In this document: positions 12,201 to 25,700 of the stretch, in pieces | Layout of the letters: every line of letters starts with the position of its first letter | How positions within the stretch are numbered: the stretch's first letter is position 1 | NCBI GenBank assembly: GCA_040954595.2 | Contig: CM082576.2 | Coordinates: 19,577,028-19,641,027, forward strand | Reading direction: 5' to 3' | Source: Balanoglossus misakiensis | Taxonomy: Eukaryota; Animalia; Hemichordata | DNA: 64,000 bases | The notes under the pieces: generated by a model | Database searches by the model: none | What the model saw: only the letters and a program-made list of their open reading frames with translations | What the model was told of the DNA's origin: nothing | Program-made: the position numbers and the translations under genes

Positions 12201-13398
12201 TCAGTTACATAGAAGAGGCATCTGATTTTCCTCTCTCTATGTTCACATGGAATGACGATGGTGCCAAGCTGTTTGATTTTGGAACCTCCATATGCGGTAA
12301 GGATTGTTTTATTTTCCTTCAAGTGCCCGCGTTTTGGATTTCCGTGTTTATCCAGTTTCTCTGGAAATATGATCTTGAAAAGGCAGAGGGGCAGTATATT
12401 GCCCTGTGCACCGGTATCAATCTTACATCTCAGTGCTACTTTCCTTTTCTTTTCGCTCTGTGTGATTGTCAGTTTCGTGTATATTTCTTCTTGTCTGTTG
12501 ATGTTGTCCAATGCATTTATTTCGATAGTTCCAACATCTAGGACTTCATCATCTATTTGATGCATGTTGCTGCTCGAGCGTGTCACATTATGGATTGGTT
12601 TTCCACCTCGTCTCTGCTGTGACTTCGGTTCGCTTGAGCTGGTTTTGGAACGGCATACCGCCTGCCAGTGATTAGGTTTCCCACAATTTCGGCATTTCGA
12701 GCCATATGCTGGGCAGTTACTTTTCACTGAGGTGTCATGCTTTTTTCCGAAATGCTTACATTGTTTGGGGTGTGTCTTGTTGGGCTGCCTTTTTACTGCG
12801 TTGACAGCTTTGCTATCCACAGGATTAGCAATATGGCAATTTGTGAGCATTTTCATGTGTTTTGTTGTGGCTTCGTGACCTCTAGCTATATCGAGCGCCT
12901 CCTTCAAGGTCAGTTTCTCATCACGCCCAATAAGTTTCTTCTGTATTTCTTGGTGACAGATCCCCCATATCAACTGATCTACGAGTCTTGCTTCCTGTTC
13001 TTTTGTATCCCCAAATTTGCATTTGGCGGCTTCATTTTTCAATTTCGAAAAGAAATCATCAACTGGTTCTCCAGGGTCTTGTCTCATATCTTGGAATTGG
13101 TATCTATGTATGCGATGATTCGACTTCGGCTCTAAGTGTTCGGAAAATTTGTCGAATAGTACTGTGGGGACTTTCCGCTGGTCTTCATTTTCAAACGACC
13201 AACTGTTGTATTTGTCAAGACCTGGTTCACCGGACCATAGAATATGTAGCTAGCTTTCTCTTCATCGTTAGCATCTTTAAGTGCTGTCTTAAATGTTAAC
13301 TCACATTTTTGACGAAAACGACTGAAGGCTAGTGCTAGATCTGGCGCGTCCCATTCCATCTTTGGGGCTGTGAAGGGCGTTTGTAGTGCGGCCGCCAT
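9248..13398 (-). pseudogene. gag-pol: gag-pol polyprotein with a 1-bp frameshift (~13240) and a premature stop (10844-10846)
   Basis: Gag with CRNCGKPNHWQAVC knuckle; protease KIDTGAQ; RT IADD; RNase H VDASG..YANI*RELLAV..SDH; integrase HSSH..CNAC, ADLF..CDNG..IERHV. Restoring one base joins YI(L)LWSGEPG to the 13087 ORF. Confidence 0.93.
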
Positions 13399-13494
13399 CT
13401 TGTCAGGTCAGTTCGATGGTCTTTTCTTCTGTAGTTTTGGTGTCTTGTGTAGTCGATACTGTGTAAAGTCTGCTTACATCTGATCACTCACGTT

Positions 13495-13508
13495 CACCGC
13501 TGCCACCA
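13495..13508 (-). promoter_or_regulatory. Primer-binding site, tRNA-Leu type
   Basis: TGGTGGCAGCGGTG directly after the 5' LTR on the minus strand; complementary to the CACCGCTGCCA-CCA 3' end of eukaryotic tRNA-Leu(AAG/TAG). Confidence 0.8.
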
Positions 13509-13712
13509 TGTTATGTTTCCATCAACATGGGAATAATAATGCGATCATAAGGTATAACAACAACCTATTTATTGATCGGCTGAAAAGACTCAACAATGTG
13601 CTTCGCCTTATCTGGGCGGAAGTGACGTCGTACAGCAATTCATAAACAAGTGGAACACCAACAATGCAACACTAGAGGGCGCTATATTGATCGTAGCTGT
13701 CAGAATACTACA
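13509..13712 (-). repeat. 5' LTR (204 bp)
   Basis: Identical to 8825-9028 except one C/T (AACAACGTG vs AACAATGTG). Confidence 0.97.
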
Positions 13713-16504
13713 CCCCCCCTCCCCCCCCCGCATGTTTAAAGGTTTCTATAGAAAAGCATTGTTGAGGTTCACAAAACTTTGAAGAAGCTTTGCAACACTA
13801 ACTTTGGCCAAAGATTTGAATGTTAAGGTTTCACAAACGTAGTTACAGCTGAGGTTCAACTAAGACTAGTATAAGAGGCTTCAGCACGCCAAGTCTTGTA
13901 GCAAGCTTCAACACAAAGCTTTTTGCAACATTGTTCAAAGCGTTGTCAAAGGTACTGCACAACCCTGGTGAAGTAGTGCTATATTTTCAATTAAATGGCT
14001 TAAGCCATTTGTTTCTCCAACCAGAATTGCACCAGAGTTAAATACACACAGCTTGAAATTGTAAAATGTTGCAAAATCAAACGATCACATCCTTACACCT
14101 ATTATTAGAACCAGAAGTTGAGTCAAAATTTTCCTACCTAGAAATTTTCTTTCCTATGAAGTTTTTTGCTTATTGGCATTCATATGGGAGCCTAGACCTA
14201 TTCCAGCTGAGTTGGACAATTCTTCTAATATGCATGATCAAAAATGGCCGCCAAATACCTTCTCTAAAATAAAACTTGGCCCTTTTTTCTCAAAATTATG
14301 TGTAATATCTAAAATTTCAGGATTTGCATCCATATTGGTTATGTATTGCAAATATGGCAGTGTTTGGCAACTTTTCTATTTTGCATAATCAAAAATGGCC
14401 GCCAATCACCACTAAAAGTGAAATTTTGCCATGTTTCCCAAAATGATGCGCAATATCGTATTTTCAGGATTAGCACATTCATATGGGTACCTTAAACAAT
14501 ACAACTGTGTTGCAAATTTGGCAGTGTTACCGTACTAATCATGAAGCAAGGAAGTGCAACCTCTGTATCCCAAATATATGTCTATCCCCACTGATAGGAG
14601 TCACAAAGAGCCAGCCCCTCTGCATCATCCTGTTCCTCAATCTCACGATGGGAATCCTTTTCAGAATTCCGACCTCAAAACATCCAGGGATTCACCATCA
14701 TTCACCACACCCTCGTCAGTATCCACCATGTTTAGATCCAATGCCTGAACATGTTGTCTCTTTATCTATGGATTGCGTTAAAGGCCAGTGGGAGTTTCAT
14801 CTCCTTTTTTTGCAATTTTGACCATTTTTATCTGGTGCATAATGCTAGAGTACATATCATCCATACAGGATGATGCATGTACAGTGATGGGAAATGTATC
14901 AATCCACTCCTGCACTAGATTTGCATACAGTGCCATACCTTTTAGGGCTATTTTCTTGACCCTTTTGATAGTCTGCTGGCCAAAAGTGGCTGGCCAAAGT
15001 GGCCAGCAGAGACATTCTTCCAATACCCTTCATAGTGCCAACAGACAAGGCTTGGATATACAACCTGTGTTGCTTGTAAGGCACACATCTCCAATTGGTA
15101 CATTGGGCCAATTATACTGTACATGTACAGCTAGGAAAAAAATATACTTCATCATAGTTTCCATGGTCAGCAGCTTCAATAACTTGTTGCCTTGTCTTAC
15201 TGAACATTTAGACTTATAAAGAAGTATAACAAGAATAAAGTTGTCCAATTAGTGTTGGCAGGGGGGTGGGGGATGTGTTCTCCCATACAAAGGTGTATAG
15301 GTATGTAGTCTTTAAGAAAAACTTGGGGTAAATGACCAGAAAATTTGACTTATAATACAAATAGGTCGGGTTTTGGGCATTTACACGTGTTGATGTTATC
15401 GACTGGGGCGACAGACTACCATCCGAAAAAATTTCAAGTACCCCCCCCCCCCCTCGGGTGCCGGCCAGTGGGATGGAGGTGATAGAAACTGTTGCAGATA
15501 CAATAGAGGCCTACAACCTGAAAACCTTCTGGCTTTAACCGAGGACTTGCCATTAAAGATACCTGTAGGCCCCTATATGCTGCTCCCACATACACTCCCA
15601 GTCCTAAACCTTGCATCTGATTTGTGGTGCAGATGAAGAATTAAGATTGGCTTGACAATTAGCACACTTAATTGCCTGTTATGAGATATAATACATACAA
15701 TCATGGGACAAGAATGGCAAAAGTTAAATTATCCAGCAGGTGTTTGAATTATGCAAATTAGAGCAGTTGTCTAATATTGCCATGTCAACCATGTTGAAAT
15801 TGTTTTAGGTACCCATATTAATGGAAACCCTGCAAATTCGATATTACACACCATTTAAAACAAATATGGGAAATTAACATGTTAGAGAAATTTGGCGGCC
15901 ATTTTGGATTATGCAAATTAGAACAATTGTCTAATATTGCCATGTCAACCATGTTGAAATTGTTTTAGGTACCCAGGAGAGTTGAATGAAAATGCCATTT
16001 GCAATGCAGTTGTCTTGTATTGGGTGCCCATATTAAGGCATTCTTGAAAACGAAACATTATTCATCATTTTGACGCAAACAGAAAAGGTGTTCAAATGCA
16101 AATTAGAAGAGTTGCCCAACCCTGCCATATTTGCAATACAGTTGTAGTGACTGTCAACTCGACTACAGACAGTCTCGATGAACACAAGACATGATCCCAA
16201 TTTGCAAGCTGAGTTGAAACTGACTGCTGCAGTAACTTAGCTGTGGGAATGTCTTGTGTGATTTAAAACAATGATGACCAAATTTAACACAGTTTCTCTG
16301 AGGTAACCATTTAGCTTTCGTGACTAAGTTTGTTTAAGAATCCTTTATTCTACCCAAGGAACAAATTTCCTTAGAATTTCACAACTGAGACACAGTTTAC
16401 AGATATACAAAAAGTGCGTACTACAAACATAAGAAATTGTTTGCATTTTTTTTTTCTGATGGCAATGCATTTGACTGTAAACAGACATTGACGTCCTTTA
16501 GTAA

Positions 16505-17326
16505 GGGACTGTTCAGTTTTGGTGGAGGGGGGGCAAAAGTTTGTGTCATTGGTTTTCAAAATCAGGCCGACACCCCCTTCAACCAGGACCAAAAAAATGA
16601 TGACCCCCCCCCCCCTTTGACAGGACCAAAATATGATTACCCTCCTCCCACCCCGAAAACATTTGCAATCCTTATCTTATGTACACTGACTGTATGCAAT
16701 AAAGGTAAAGGGTCTCCTCACACCTCAATTCTAAATTTCTTAAAGAAATTTATAATTTGAAGTGTATAATAGTATAGCGTTGCAATAAAGAAGGTCTATG
16801 GATAAATTAAAAGGACACGTCAATACAATAGTTGGTAGAATTGGTAAAACAAGAAAAGTGGAAGGGGTGGGTGTACGTAGGACAATTTTGTAAAATACAA
16901 TTAATGCATTTTAATGAACTCAAAGGCAAATTAACTTAATGTTGGGGAGGACAAATTTGACTTTTGCCACTCAAAGTTAACATCAGTGGGGGTGGGATGC
17001 CAAGTATTCTGCCCTGGTACACTATATGTGGCGAAGAAATAAGGGGATGGGTGTGGGAGGGGATGTCCCCCTTCCACATAAGAAAACTTTGTAAAATATG
17101 TAGCTCAAAGTTGCATTTTAATGAAGTCAAAAGCAAATTATCTCAATGTTTGAAAGGACCAATTTTACTGTTGCTACTCCACTCAAAGTTAGCATCGGTG
17201 GGTACATGTATATGACCTCCCCCCTAAACGTTTGAAAAAAAGATGACTCCCTCTTTTGGATTTCAAAATTTAAGTGACCCCCTGGATTTTGCCAGCCTCC
17301 CCCCACCGTAAAAACTGAATGGTCCC
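16505..17326. mobile_element. PIF/Harbinger-type MITE
   Basis: TIR GGGACTGTTCAGTTTT / AAAACTGAATGGTCCC, TAA on both sides; empty site in paralogous modules (~33450, ~40545). Confidence 0.85.
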
Positions 17327-20300
17327 TAAGCGCTATTTTGTCAGTGAAATGGCTCCAATGTTATCCCTCCAACTATAGTTGAAACGGAGTTAAATATGTA
17401 CAGCTTGAAATCATAAAATGTTGCAAAATTGAACCAAGAGTTTGGTCAATGATCAAGTTCTTACAGCTATTACTAGAACCATACAGTCTCAGCGAACAAG
17501 AGACATTGGTCCGATTTGCAAGCCGAGTTGGAACTGACTTTGCCTGCACACAGATGTGCCAATTTCAGCGAATCTTATCGTATTTAAAAATGAATATGGA
17601 GAATTGTTATCTGTGTTGCTATTGCTAGCCTACATACATGTAGCTGTTGTCATTCTAGTGTTTTTTTCTGTATACCAAAATTGCCACACTGTTTGGGATA
17701 CTTTTATCAAATGTTATGTGATACTATATCAGCCTGTTTTGGGGATCTTGACAATGACATATATTAGACTTTTCATACACAGCATGAGGTAGAATTTCAG
17801 AAACGATTAGGTAATAAGTCTGCATATCTCATAGGAAATAATCACTTTAGAAGTATTACGATAAAAAAAATCATTTCACTCTTATTGGGAGCATACATTT
17901 GTAAAACATACATACAGACATGAATACAGACATAGAGAGATCAAGGTGTATATTTTCAGTGGGGGAGGGGGTCCTCCTTAATTGCAAACAACTATGTAAT
18001 GGTAATTTCCCTTTTATAATAACAATTTTTGAGGTATAAGGAAAAAATATCAAACAAAATAAACAAAAAAACTAATTCAGCTATGATTTGATTCAATTAT
18101 CATTCTAAAGAAGCACATATCATTAACTCACAACTAAACTTTTAAAGTGATCAACCATGCACTTTCTGAGAATTTTTTTTATGCCCCCAAAATACAATTT
18201 TTTCATTTTCAGAACATTTATGATATATCACAGTAAAAAAAATCCCCTGGAAACTGCAAAACAAAAAATTGCAAAGCAATCAAACAAAAATGGCAAAAAT
18301 TGTCCACAAAAACTATATTGACAGTTCCATCATAGGATTTGTTAAAATGTCGTGATAACACACCTAGGAACCTGCAAACCAAATTTCAAAGAACTGTGAG
18401 TAGAGGTTTTTGAGTATTTGACCAAAATCACCCCAAAAATATACTTCAAACCAGATATTAACTGAATATGCTCACGTGCAGTACTGTGATTGGTTGACAG
18501 AATAACAAGATTAGAAAAACCAGTGTTAAACCAATTTGGTTTATAGTGTATATGGTGTAAGGGTTGTGTGTTGCACCATTGTGAAATGTAAACATGTTTG
18601 TGGAATTGTTGCCTTGTCAATTTTTGTAAGGGGTTATGAGTCATGTACCCCATCCTGAACTGCATAAAAAGATAAGTCTATGGAATTCTAAAACTCGTTG
18701 ATCAAAAATGGCAAGAAATATACCAAAAAGTATGAATATTTCACCAGATTTCAACAAATCTGATTTCTGTTCATGCCTAAGAACCTCTTTAACAAGTTTC
18801 AATAAGGAAGACATTTTGGCAAACAACAGGTAATTCAGACAAATCTGACTGATATCACATATATGAATTCCCATTCAAAGTTTCCAATCAATTGGACTTG
18901 TGGTTTTACTGAAGACTATTTGGCCAAACCCTGCAGAATTCCCAAAAAATACAATTATGCAAATTTCTTTACAATTTGATCATATCTGACTGAGATCACC
19001 CCTAGAAACCCAAATACAAAGTATCAAAACAATTGCACTTACAGTTTCACGGGATTTGATTTTTTGACAAAAACAGGAAATATTGCCCAAAAATGCATTT
19101 TTGCAAATTTCACCACCGTTTGCACAAATGTGATTCAGGTAAGCCCTATGAACCTCCATACCAAGTTTCCAATCAATTGGACATGTAATTTCAGAGAAGA
19201 ATTTTTTTTAACAAAACTGCAGAAAATTCCCCCAAAAATTCATAAAAAATAGCAAACGCCAGATACTGACTCCACCTGAACAAAATCATACGAGGTCTTC
19301 CCATAGTACTTGCACACCAATGCACGCCAATTTTTAACTGAATCTGATCCGCTGTTATTAAGTTTTTCAATTTTGACTACTTGAACATTTTTCCAGTTAA
19401 TACCAGTATGCATTTTTTCGCAATAACAATTTCTATGTACACACTAAATATCAGTAGTTTCAAGTTTTTGATGTTGATGGACATACACATACATACATCA
19501 ATACATTTAGACGAAACTGATCCATTCGCAAAATACATAATTCTGTATGAGGCACACATACAGACATACATAGACGACGGACACCAACTTATGCTATAAG
19601 CTGACATTGATATACATGTTAGCCAAAAACCAAAATCAACCTCAAAATAGACATTAAAATATATTGCACCACCATGAGAAGACAAATTCATTTTTCGACA
19701 AATTTTCTGGGGCGTCATTGATATAGCATGGCATATTGTCAAAGTACGTAGTCTCTGTGATAAGATTCCATACACACAAAATGGTAACCTTGGAAGTCCA
19801 GCTGACGTAGTTATGCAATGGCGTCTCGTGTATTCCGTCGCCAAAAAATCATCGTAAAATTGATAGTCGGGGTCACAATTCAAGACGACTTTCTCTAAAT
19901 TCTTTATGAATGGATTAAATCGAAATCGAAATGTTGACGTATGACGTACGGAATGAGATCTGAACAGACATTCAATGTTATCATTCTCGCTCGATCACAT
20001 ATTGGGTAAGCCATCTAGCAATCGCTATATAGTATTGGCGATAACAGACTGTCTATAAACTCACAAAACGGATTTTACTGTTGAGTGTGATCAACCGCCA
20101 CGTTATTTTTCTCTGAACAATAGACAAATAGAAAGCCTGGTGACATTTTGAGATTGACTGCGTGAGGACCACAATATGCGTGAATCATTTACGGTTTGTC
20201 TTGATGAATGGGTCACGTCATAGTCATAACGCGGATTCGGCTGCACGCCAACTATCCGCCATATTGTCTCCACTAACTTACTCGTAAGTAGTTTCAAACT

Positions 20301-20559
20301 TCATTTGAAAAGAGTATTCGTCTGACGGTCCTGTAGATTAACAATTTACGCTCTATGAAGCAACTAAACAACGTTAGCTTCCTTGTGGATTCACGTAGGG
20401 AAGTTATTCGTAACGACGGGTACAGCGTCTGAGCATGGACAGAACCACGGCAATATCGCCAGGAATGTCTCATTTCACAGCGCCCTCAAACTGTCGATCT
20501 CCTCAAACTATCGTTTCCACTGGTCATATATGCGGCATTAACGAAAGCTCACATAGACA

Positions 20560-20727
20560 ATCATGTAATAGAAAAATTAAAACTTAAATAACTTCATTAA
20601 TATCAAAGCCACACGCACCAAAACCTTTTCAGTTCTTGCCATATGATATCTGAACCTGTGTACTAAATTTGGTTGAAATCGGTTCAGCGGTTCTTTAGAT
20701 ATCGGGTATACAGACAGACACACACAC

Positions 20728-20758
<31 letters not shown>

Positions 20759-20806
20759 GACATCGCTAAACCATAAGCTCACGTGATTTTCACGTGAGCT
20801 AAAAAT
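20560..20806 (+). mobile_element. 3' end of a Helentron-associated/DINE-like non-autonomous element
   Basis: (CAGA/CA/CATA)n microsatellite followed by stem-loop AGCTCACGTG-ATTTT-CACGTGAGCT and AAAAA; similar decayed ends near 19560-19630 and 24280-24352. Confidence 0.5.
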
Positions 20807-21564
20807 GAAAAAAAATCCATGAGGTCTCAAAATGAATACACACCAATTTCTAAAGCAATTTGACCAGTTTCCACCAATTTCACATTGGTCCCAGTGGTAG
20901 ATAGACATATACGAAATGGGAACCAAAGAATAAAACACATTTCAAAGATTTAACACATCTTTTTCCTCAAGAGTGTTTTTCAAATCTTCTCCACATCCTT
21001 CAAAATCGCCACCATAAAGCCATATTACTTGTAGTGCTTATGTTTGTCATATCTAGGTGATGCATACCACACATAGACCCTTTGTATAGAGGCAGATTAA
21101 ACAGGTGTGGTACCTGTTAAATATCTGACTTCTTTAAATTACAGCCACAATCGTCAGTCAACAAGATGTTCATGTAGATGTATACCTAGCAGTAAGCTTA
21201 TTTAGATTGACAAATCTTAGATGAAAATAATGAAAAAGTGGCACAACCCTTAGGGCTTTAACTAGCAGCTTTATGCCAGATGAGTTCGAGTCTAACGATG
21301 TAATGTTGACATTAAGGTTTCATTGAAATAACTTGGGAACCTCTCTACTATTTGAAGCACCAAAGCTGTGAAAAACTTCCTTCTTTCCCTGAGTTTTTTA
21401 TGAATATGTTCTAATCTGGGACAACAATTTGTTGCCAAGTGTCTTGACCCCTTTACCAAATGTCAGGGACCGGATTTTTTTCAGCAAAATTTCAAATAAC
21501 CTTGGCTGATTTTTTACCTACTTTCACATATTGGGTAGCATGAAACAAAGTATGGCTTCCAGAA

Positions 21565-22745
21565 GGGTTATAGATACAGTGTTTTGTAATAACAAGAATT
21601 AACATGAAACTATAATTTCATGGTGAATTTAGGACCGCCTTAATCTATGGTAATGTCATTAAATATTTGCATATCTAATTGTAGGCTATCCAGTGGAGGG
21701 AGAAACCTAAACATGGACAACATTGGGGTCAAAATTGTTTGACAGAACTTTGGGTGACTTTGGGTAAACCTTGACCAACATTACTATATCTTGGCATCCA
21801 GAGCAGATGCAACCTTGACACTTGGAGTGATGGAAATGCATAATGGAGTATTATGTCTCAGCTAGTCACAGTGCTTTTGCTGTGTTTTATGTCTTTTATT
21901 CAGCCAAATTAGATGTTTTTTATTACACATTGGCTGTGTTTGCCAGTACTTTTTAGCTGGTCACACTGCCTTAAGACAATGTATTCTCAAAATACCATGC
22001 AATCATTATGAAGCATATACAGCAGACAAAGTTATGGTTTGACTGAACTTGCCCTTCTTTGTGACTAAAGCATGACCGGCCTGTCTTAGGTGGCCCCTAC
22101 CTAGGGGCTTTACCCGTCATTGGCTCACAGTCTGAGAAATCAGCTCTGCAGGGAAGTTAACGATGTAACCCACCATTAAAGCTTGGATTTCCGCTTTTTG
22201 TATCTGATGCCTGGCTGAGGCCTTCTTAGGATCTACCCAACGCTGAGTAGGCTATCCCGTCATTGGCACACAGTCTCAGGGAGGGAGTCCAAAGTTCAGT
22301 ATACCAGCAAAGCCTTTATATTGTCCATTCTTTTTAAGAGAAGGCTGGCTGCTGTAGAAAAATGTTGATCTCAAATGTATCATGTCCAAAAAAAGGCAGA
22401 CTTCCAGCCTTATTGGTTAGGCTGGCATTAGGTATGTACATAATTAATGAGGCAAGACATAATATTCCATTACATAGTTCCATAACTCCAAGTGTCAAGG
22501 ATGTATCTGTGCCGGATGCCAAGATATAGGAATGTAGGTCAAAGTTTACCCAAGATCACCCAAAAGTTTGTCAAAAGATTTTGACCCCAGAGTTGTCCAT
22601 GTCCAGGTTACCACATCCACTAGAATAAGATATGCACATATTTAATGAGGTTACCATAGCTCAAGGGGGTCTTTAATTAACCATCAACATTTAGTTTCAT
22701 ATTAATGCATGTTAATATAATACACTGTATCTATAACCCTACTGG
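21565..22745. repeat. ~1.2-kb unit with ~290-bp inverted ends; mirrored at ~37678-38865
   Basis: 21565-21860 is the reverse complement of 22450-22745; the same arrangement occurs in the right arm. Confidence 0.75.
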
Positions 22746-25700
22746 TAAGCCTAGAATTAGGTACATGCGAAAGTTTTTGACAAGATAGATAAGTTGTAAA
22801 ATATGTACATGAACCTGACAATTGACTTAAAATAACATAAGGCAGACTTGATACTTATCGGAGATAGATACTAATAACAACAGTGATGTTAATTACACCG
22901 GGAATGTTTGTCTTATTATAGCTACATGTAAAAGACTGCTTGAGGTAATGTAATTAAAGTGACCACTTGCGATTCACCTTCAAAGTGCTATGCAAGTCTA
23001 CGGTACATTGTTTTTCCAATGATTGGACAAAGGATATTCATAATGTGTAATTAAGGCTGGATAGCATTTTCAATGTAATAAGCCCTGCCTTCACTATAAT
23101 CTTACGCCAAATCAACATTGTTCAATTTATGTTAATAATTTCACTAAGGGATACTTGTTACATCAAATTTCCCAGCAAGGGGTGTCAGATTATTGGGCAA
23201 GTGGCATGCATGACACTAGACGATACTTTTGGAAGCAAAGCGGACAGAACACGGCTGGATATAGACTAGGTAATTCTGAATGTGACCATGAACTGTACCA
23301 CAGACTCTGTATTGTATGTTTCTGAAGAATCCCATTTAACCCAGACATCAACATACTTCAACCTTGTAAGAAGTAGAACATACATGATTTACTAGTAAAT
23401 ATTTGCTAGGTTATTACACACTTTGGATTACACAAAAATAGGTGTGTACACCGCTGTGACATTGCCAAGCAGATATGACCTACCAGGTAACCTAATACAA
23501 TTTCACAGGAATCGGAGTATTTTCAGTGAAAACAACATTTCTTCAACAATGACAAAAACTGCCTCAACCACAAATATTCAGATATCAACAAATCCAACAA
23601 TATCTCACTTCAATCACCACAAGGAACATGCCTACCAAAATTGAAAGCAATTTGACATGCGGTTTCAAAGAATACAAATTGCAAAAATTGCCTCAAGACC
23701 ACAAATATGCAAATTTCACCAAAATGATATACAACATTACTTGGGTTACCTCATGGAACAAGCAAACCAAAATTTAAATGCAACCTGACCTGACATGGAG
23801 TTTCAGAGAAAATGATTTTTGACCAAAAATGACAAAATTACATTTCCCAAAAATTACAAATTTTGCCACAATTTAAACAATACTAACAAAGATTACCTAT
23901 AGGAAATAGCTTACTAAATTCTAGATACAATTCACGATATTAGCTGAAAGTATATCAGGCGTGACATAAGCTACATGCATACAAATGTTCAAAGCAATCT
24001 GACCAGTTGTTGAGTTTCTGAGTTTTGATCAATTTCACATTGCTCCAGGTAATTAGCATATTTCATTTGAACAGGCGTGCCTGCATCTAAAAACCCAATA
24101 TCAAGACTTACCACACAGACTCTGTATTGTATGTTTCTGGAGTAATCAAATAAAACCAATCATGAAAATACTTCAACCTTCTTAATATGAACAAAATCCT
24201 ATTTACAGGCTGGCCTACATCTACACACCAAATATCAAGGGGATACGCGAAGGGGTTTTCAAGTTTTTGATGTGGACAGACATACATACATCCATACATA
24301 CTACATACACACATACAGAGGCAACTGACTGGTCAGAAGGCATGAGCAAAAATGCAGGAAATCAATGTTGTGACACTGGTAGTAGGCCTTAATGTATACA
24401 ATATCAAGACAGTTTATTTAACATGAAGTTTGATATGTTCATAATCATTCAGAGCTAAGCATATTTTGAAATTGTAAAATTAATATCAATCACATGAAAA
24501 CTGACAGCATGCTTTCATTTGGGAATTTAGGTATTGTAATTAACACTAACAGTCATGAAACTATTGAATCGTCAATAAAATCATACAGTAGAAATTAATG
24601 GGTTTTCTATTTATATGCGATGTGAAAATGCAACTTGTGGTCCTTCGGCCAGTAAGAGGCATCAGATAATATTGTAAGACCCAGTTGCCCAATTGATTAG
24701 ACCTACATGTATGCGCTGTGTGAAGCGCAAGTTATGGCAACTGAATTCACAGGACACTGAAGAAAGTGGAATCACTCAAGGTACATATGTATACATGTAG
24801 GCTAACAATCACAACACAGAGAATAGTTCTCCATATTCATTTTTAATACGATAAGATTCACTGAATTGGCGCATCCATGGGCACGCAAGGTTAGTTCCAA
24901 CTCAGTTTGCAAATCAGGCCCATGTATCTTGTTCCCTGAGACTGTCTGCTTCTAATAATAGCTGTAAGAACATAATCGTTGACCGAATGGTTGGTTCAAT
25001 TTTGCGACATTTTATGATTTCAAGCTGTGCAATATTTGCAACTCAGTTTCAACTTTGGTTGGAGGGATGATGATGAAGCAATTTCACTGACAAAATAGCA
25101 CTACTAACTGACGTCAATATTTGTTCAAAGTTAAATGCATTGCCATCAGAAAAATGTTTACGAAAAGTTTCGTATGTGAATAATAACACTTTTTCGCATA
25201 ACTGCAAACCCTGTCACAGTTGTGAAATTCTAAGAAAATTCATTCATTAGGTAGAATTCGTGCTTTATGAATTCTTAAACAAACTTTGTCATGAAACCTA
25301 AATGGTTACCTTACACATGTGGAGGCTCGACTTCTGTGATATGATAGTCTTTAATTAATGTGTATGTGATTCCATACAAATCCATATGATTACCTGAACA
25401 TACAAAATAAATTAAAAATAAATACATAAATTAAAAATAAATAAGTATCTCATACATATGCATAAGTGCTTGTGAGAAATATATCATATATCTAAATAAA
25501 CCTGTCATTTATTGACCTCATTTTCCCAGTAAACCAAAGGACTAAATTGCACTTTAATATTACAGCTTCATTTCAATGCAACAGGTACACTACATCATAA
25601 GGGAACAAATATGCCAGCTCAACATTTATATAAACAGTGTCAAAATATAAGTGGCTACAAAAGCTTGTGTCCCTTCAATCCATTCTCCCACTCAGGTCAA

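Larger units (their letters stand above)
8825..13712 (-). mobile_element. Full-length Ty3/Gypsy LTR retrotransposon (Mag/K02A2.6-like)
   Basis: Two 204-bp TG..CA LTRs, PBS, PPT, gag-PR-RT-RH-IN order, poly-C target duplication on both sides. Confidence 0.97.

Noticed and set aside
9553-13299. Plus-strand ORFs overlapping the Gypsy element
   Set aside because: Antisense shadows of gag-pol with no recognisable motifs.
14530-15060. Coding-like minus-strand stretch (ALYANLVQEWIDTFP..)
   Set aside because: Multiple stops and no family I can recognise; not supportable without a search.
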